Below are positions 20,802-25,790 of a stretch of 25,790 nucleotides of DNA, piece by piece. The DNA is from Macrostomum lignano. Lineage: Eukaryota. The stretch covers positions 1 through 25,790 of the forward strand of contig NIVC01003881.1 in NCBI GenBank assembly GCA_002269645.1. Reading direction: 5' to 3'. A program made the position numbers and the translations under genes. Numbering within the stretch: the first letter of the stretch is position 1; every line of letters starts with the position of its first letter. The notes beneath the pieces were generated by a model. The model saw nothing but the letters and a program-made list of their open reading frames with translations. It made no database searches and was not told the origin of the DNA.

Positions 20802-22337
20802 ATGTCGGACTATAGCTCTGGCGCAGCTGAAACCACTACTGCAATGGCCACCGTATCTGTGTGTACGTCCACATCAGCAGCTCTGCCGAGCTCCGAGCAG
20901 CTGGTCATGGTGCAGGCCGCGGATTACTCGTGCTACTACCAGCAGGCGCCTACGCCCTACGCCTACGCAACTGTAGCGTCAGAGTCTGGAGCTATCTGCA
21001 ACTATCAGGCGCCACTTCCACCGCCACAGCAGCAGCAGCATCAGTACTATCAGCAGCAAGAGCTGCAGATGCACCCACAGTGCCTGTACTACTACCCGCC
21101 TCCGGCAGCTGCAATGTGCGCTCCCGGCCCGGACCCAATGGTGGTCTACGCCAGCCAGGGCATGGCTGCGGCTCCGTTTCCGGGATTCTACCAGCCTCAG
21201 CCGACTTCGACTATGCAGTTTACTCATCCCTCGATGCCACCGCCGCAGCCGCTGCCTTCTGGGCCTGCTAATCTGTCCCAGCCCATGCAGCCTCCGCCTC
21301 TGATGCAGCAGCAGCCGATGGTTATGCTCTCAACGTCGACGTCTGCACCATCGTCAACCTCTGCCGGAAGCTGCCCCTGCTGCAGCGCTCCTCTGCATCA
21401 GGCCTCTTCTCAGCAGCAGCAGCAGCAGCAGCAGCCTGAGCAGCCAGTTGTGCAGCTTCAGCTGCCTCAGCAGCAGCTCCGAGAGCAGAGTCGCAGCAGC
21501 AGTTGCGATAGCGCTTACCGAACTGTGTCCACCAGTGACCTGGCTTCTGTTGCTGACATCAACCAGCAACAGCACCTCCACCTCCAGCAGCAGCAGCAGC
21601 AAAAGTTGCCCATGCAGCAGCAACCCTGGGCTAGAAGAAACTCTTTCCAGCAGCAGCAGCCTTTGCCAACCCCACAGCAGCAACCGCAGCAGCAGCAACC
21701 GCAGCAGCTGCCCTCCCAACAGAAGCGCTGGAAGACTGGCTACCTAAGGAACATCCTGTACAAGACTGAGATGTGCCGGGACGTGGCTCAGCGTGGCGCC
21801 TGTCCCCGCGGCGCCACCTGCCAGTTCGCGCACTCCGACTCCGAGCTGCTGAGCCCCAGCCAGCATCCGCTGTACAAGACCGCCTTCTGCTTCGACTACA
21901 AGAACCGGGGCCACTGCCAGCGCGGCGACCACTGCTTCCACGCGCACCAGCAGGTCGAACTGCGGCCGGCGCCGCCCGCAGAGGCGCAAACTCCGCCGTC
22001 TGCGACTGGCCTGCTGCGGCCTTCGCAACACCTGCATCAGCAGCACCAGCAGCAGCTGTCAAACTCTGGCGCCAGGCGCGAGTCCACGCCGAGGTCCCTG
22101 GCTTCCTCAGCGGGTCCCTACAAGGCCCTGGCCGCTCGGCTGCAGCAGCAGCACCAGCTGCTCCAACAGCAGCAGGGCTCCAGCTCGGAGAAGCAGTCCA
22201 GCAGCAGCAGTTTGGTGACGTCCACCAAGCACCAGCTGCACTTCAGTGGCGGCGGCGGCGGCAGCCCGCAGCAGTTCGTCACCGCTGAGCGTCGTCTGTC
22301 GCTGACTGGCGCTGGCGGAAGTCGGTCGGGCTTTTGA
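20802..22337 (+). CDS. Intronless tandem CCCH zinc-finger RNA-binding protein (TIS11/ZFP36-like architecture), Q/P-rich, 511 aa
   Basis: Two C-x8-C-x5-C-x3-H fingers at 21756-21947, each with a YKT lead-in (LYKTEM, LYKTAF), separated by an 18-aa linker. The ORF is open, has GC-rich codons and a CACCATG start context. An AATAAA lies at 22735. Confidence 0.92.
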   Translation: MSDYSSGAAETTTAMATVSVCTSTSAALPSSEQLVMVQAADYSCYYQQAPTPYAYATVASESGAICNYQAPLPPPQQQQHQYYQQQELQMHPQCLYYYPPPAAAMCAPGPDPMVVYASQGMAAAPFPGFYQPQPTSTMQFTHPSMPPPQPLPSGPANLSQPMQPPPLMQQQPMVMLSTSTSAPSSTSAGSCPCCSAPLHQASSQQQQQQQQPEQPVVQLQLPQQQLREQSRSSSCDSAYRTVSTSDLASVADINQQQHLHLQQQQQQKLPMQQQPWARRNSFQQQQPLPTPQQQPQQQQPQQLPSQQKRWKTGYLRNILYKTEMCRDVAQRGACPRGATCQFAHSDSELLSPSQHPLYKTAFCFDYKNRGHCQRGDHCFHAHQQVELRPAPPAEAQTPPSATGLLRPSQHLHQQHQQQLSNSGARRESTPRSLASSAGPYKALAARLQQQHQLLQQQQGSSSEKQSSSSSLVTSTKHQLHFSGGGGGSPQQFVTAERRLSLTGAGGSRSGF

Positions 22338-22734
22338 TCCGCCAGAAATGAGCTTCAAGTTGCTGGCTTTGTTTTACTTCGTCGGTGCCGATCGCGACTG
22401 GCATATAAGCCTCATTCGAGTGTACATACATGCAGCTGCAGCTCTAGGCCGTTAGTGGCATTTTCAATTCCCTGTAACCATGACTTTTACTCTCTGCACC
22501 GCGTGCAGTCTCTTAATTTGGTCTTACGCTCTTGGTGTGCTGTCGTGTCAGTCAAAAATATTGCATTTTCTCACCTGTCTGCATTTTGCTGTGCATTAAT
22601 TTGCACAATATTTATGATCGCTTCGTAGCATGTTACTCGTAGTCCTACTCTTAGTAGCGCAAGATGCTTTTTTGCTGCTAATTCGCACGAATCTGTAGTA
22701 TACATAGTGCATTGATGATCGAATATTCGACTGA

Positions 22735-22740
22735 AATAAA
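22735..22740 (+). terminator. Putative polyadenylation signal of the CCCH gene
   Basis: AATAAA about 400 nt after the stop, followed by a T-rich tract. Confidence 0.5.
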
Positions 22741-22933
22741 CTAGTGAACTCTAAATTATCCCAAAGATATTCTAGTTTTTTGCTTTTTTATTTGCGACCT
22801 CTAAGCTGAACAGAAACTGATCCACTTTGTTGGATTTTCAAGAACTCCATTTCTAGGAACTGAATTCTATTGGTTTTTGCAAATTCCTGTTCTTTCGAGT
22901 TCCAATACTTCGTCCTTTATTTATTCCCAAGAA

Positions 22934-23320
22934 ATCGTTTCTAAGAAAACGTCCTGAATCGTTTCTAAGAAAATGTACTATCGACTTTTTAGAAATCGTC
23001 CTGCATCGTTTCTAAGAAATGTACTATCGACTTCTTAGAAATCGTCCTGCATCGTTTCTAAGAAAATGTACTATCGACTTTTTAGAAATCGTCCTGCATC
23101 GTTTCTAAGAAATGTACTATCGACTTCTTAGAAATCGTCCTGCATCGTTTCTAAGAAAATGTACTATCGACTTTTAGAAATCGTCCTGCATCGTTTCTAA
23201 GAAATGTACTATCGACTTCTTAGAATCGTCCTGCATCGTTCTAAGAAATGTACTATCGACTTCTTAGAAATCGTCCTGCAAGAAAATGTACTATAGACTT
23301 CTTAGAAATCGTCCTGCATA
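22934..23320. repeat. 46/47-bp hairpin-containing minisatellite with alternating variants
   Basis: About 8 copies of ATCGTTTCTAAGAAA(A)TGTACTATCGACTT(C/T)TTAGAAATCGTCCTGC. Confidence 0.9.
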
Positions 23321-24128
23321 ATTTCTATGAAGATATCGTGCCTCTTTCTAAGAAATCCTGTATCAATTTCCAGGAACTCTTTGTCTGTGAAGTTATAAGA
23401 AATCATCGTACCCCATTGATTTGGTTATTTCAAATCAGTCATGTTTTCCATGGATTTCTCAGAAATCGATATCCAGTCCTTAAAACACTTCACAGTTTAC
23501 GGGTGAGCATGGGTACCGAAGCGAAACAGTCTTTAGAATTTTGATGCGAGTTATTTAGAAATTTTCATGCAACGTAAAAGTAGAAACAAGTGGAATATTG
23601 TATTAATACAATCTGCACTTCAACTATACTCAGCAACACCCTTTGCCCCAGTGAGCATGAGTGTCTTTCAACCAGCGTCTGTCACCTGGCCAGCCATTTT
23701 AATATTTAAAAATGCTTGAAGAAAACTATGAAAACCAGCGGAAGCTTCAATCCATCCAATCTTCGCCCTCCGCTCTTCCCAATCCCTCCTCACCCAGCCC
23801 AACTCTGCGTCGCGTGGCGCAAGTTGCGTCACTCAAAAGTCAAAACTGAGCTGGAATTCACTGCGCACTCTCAAAGGTGGCGACTTTTTAATGTTGTTGA
23901 GTACATTTACAAGTAGAGGCGTATGAGAACAATGTACAATCCTACACGACAGGCAAATAGTGCATAAAGCTCGTATAAATTATGAAACTACGGCCCGAAT
24001 CCATGCTATGCATGCAATAATGAATTAATGATGGCCCTTGCTTATGTTAGTCTTTTAGAATGTACTTTCTTTAGTCTGTCTGTGACCAAAAGTTTGTCCG
24101 ATTCACGAGAGACAGATTAATGCCGGCA

Positions 24129-24200
24129 CTACTGCGGCTTCACCTTGTTCGAGTCGTCACTTGCGCGGTGAATTATGATGGCTCCAGCAATGAGCAGGGC
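24129..24200 (-). CDS. Probable terminal exon of a second tetraspanin (rest of gene beyond window end)
   Basis: After the acceptor AATCCCGCAG the exon reads ALLIAGAIIIHRASDDSNKVKPQ*. It has the same phase-0 start and LLI.GA..I pattern as the last exon at 3353, and it is preceded by an intronic minisatellite as in the other genes. It is short, so the family call is inference. Confidence 0.6.
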   Translation of the reverse strand, partial: ALLIAGAIIIHRASDDSNKVKPQ

Positions 24201-24231
24201 CTGCGGGATTGGGTTCAGTATTCGGGTTAGT

Positions 24232-25790
24232 AAATATGGGATCTGGATTGTAAATATGGGATCTGGATTGTAAATATGGGATCTGGATTGTAAATATGAG
24301 ATTTGGATTGTAGATATGGGATCTGGATTGTAGATATGGGATCTGGATTGTAAATATGGGATCTGGATTGTAAATATGAGATTTGGATTGTAGATATGGG
24401 ATCTGGATTGTAGATATGGGATCTGGATTGTAAATATGGGGTCTGGATTGTAAATATGAGATTTGGATTGTAGATATGGATCTGGATTGTAAATATGGGA
24501 TCTGGATTGTAAATATGGGATCTGGATTGTAAATATGAGATTTGGATTGTAGATATGGGATCTGGATTGTAAATATGGGATCTGGATTGTAAATATGGGA
24601 TCTGGATTGTAAATATGAGATCTGGATTGTAAATATGGGATCTGGATTGTAAATATGGGATCTGGATTGTAAATATGGGATCTGGATTGTAAATATGGGA
24701 TCTGGATTGTAAATATGAGATCTGGATTGTAAATATGGGATCTGGATTGTAAATATGGGATCTGGATTGTAAATATGGGATCTGGATTGTAAATATGAGA
24801 TTTGGATTGTAGATATGGGATCTGGATTGTAGATATGGGATCTGGATTGTAAATATGGGATCTGGATTGTAAATATGAGATTGGATTGTAGATATGGGAT
24901 CTGGATTGTAGATATGGGATCTGGATTGTAAATATGGGGTCTGGATTGTAAATATGAGATTTGGATTGTAGATATGGGATCTGGATTGTAAATATGGGAT
25001 CTGGATTGTAAATATGGGATCTGGATTGTAAATATGAGATTTGGATTGTAGATATGGGATCTGGATTGTAAATATGGATCTGGATTGTAAATATGGGATC
25101 TGGATTGTAAATATGAGATCTGGATTGTAAATATGGGATCTGGATTGTAAATATGGGATCTGGATTGTAAATATGGGATCTGGATTGTAAATATGGGATC
25201 TGGATTGTAAATATGAGATCTGGATTGTAAATATGGGATCTGGATTGTAAATATGGGATCTGGATTGTAAATATGGGATCTGGATTGTAAATATGGGATC
25301 TGGATTGTAGATATGGGATCTGGATTGTAAATATGGATCTGGATTGTAGATATGGGATCTGGATTGTAAATATGGGGTCTGGATTGTAAATATGAGATTT
25401 GGATTGTAGATATGGGATCTGGATTGTAAATATGGGATCTGGATTGTAAATAAATGGGATCTGGATTGTAAAATATGGGATCTGGATTGTAAATATGGGA
25501 TCTGGATTGTAAATATGAGATTTGGATTGTAGATATGGGATCTGGATTGATTTGTAGATATGGGATCTGGATTGTAAATATGAGATTTGGATTGTAGATA
25601 TGGGATCTGGATTGTAGATATGGGATCTGGATTGTAAATATGGGGTCTGGATTGTAAATATGAGATTTGGATTGTAGATTATGGGATCTGGATTGTAAAT
25701 ATGGGGTCTGATGTAAATATTGAATTTGGATTGTAGATATGGGATCTGGATTGTAAATATGGGATCTGGATTGTAAATATGGGATCTGGA
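24232..25790. repeat. 20-bp minisatellite, runs off window end
   Basis: More than 75 copies of AAATATGGGATCTGGATTGT with recurrent variants. Confidence 0.96.

Noticed and set aside
20861-22358. Many overlapping ORFs on the CCCH gene
   Set aside because: They are shadow frames of CAG-rich coding DNA.
22917-22925. ARE nonamer TTATTTATT as an autoregulatory site for the CCCH gene
   Set aside because: It lies downstream of the likely poly(A) signal (22735), and the same nonamer occurs in unrelated AT-rich sequence near 18217.
22934-23320. CRISPR-like palindromic repeats
   Set aside because: There are no unique spacers and no cas genes, and the context is eukaryotic. The same applies to all other arrays.

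Overview
Eukaryotic (animal) genomic DNA: GC-rich exons with GT-AG introns, and most introns are filled by minisatellites. The style resembles a repeat-rich invertebrate such as the flatworm Macrostomum, but this is inference only. Reading exons across introns, which the ORF track does not do, gives five genes. (1) A spliced tetraspanin on + (149-3466) with homopolymer frameshifts and two exons I cannot find. (2) A complete 3-exon CYP2-clan cytochrome P450 on - (7833-4877, about 509 aa, one 1-nt frameshift). (3) A 4-exon PDAP1/HASPP28 orthologue on + (10424-16559, about 215 aa) whose first exon has only 10 coding nt. (4) An intronless 511-aa Q/P-rich tandem CCCH zinc-finger protein of TIS11/ZFP36 architecture with non-canonical RNA-contact residues (20802-22337). 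(5) The probable last exon of a second tetraspanin on - (24200-24129). There are two non-autonomous DNA transposons with TIRs and TSDs: a 257-bp hAT MITE inserted into a minisatellite, and a 1270-bp PIF/Harbinger-type element containing a tandemly amplified hAT-Charlie-like terminus. About 14 tandem-repeat arrays are present. Most long ORFs in the track are repeat or antisense artefacts. No prokaryotic system, CRISPR array, rRNA or tRNA is supported.
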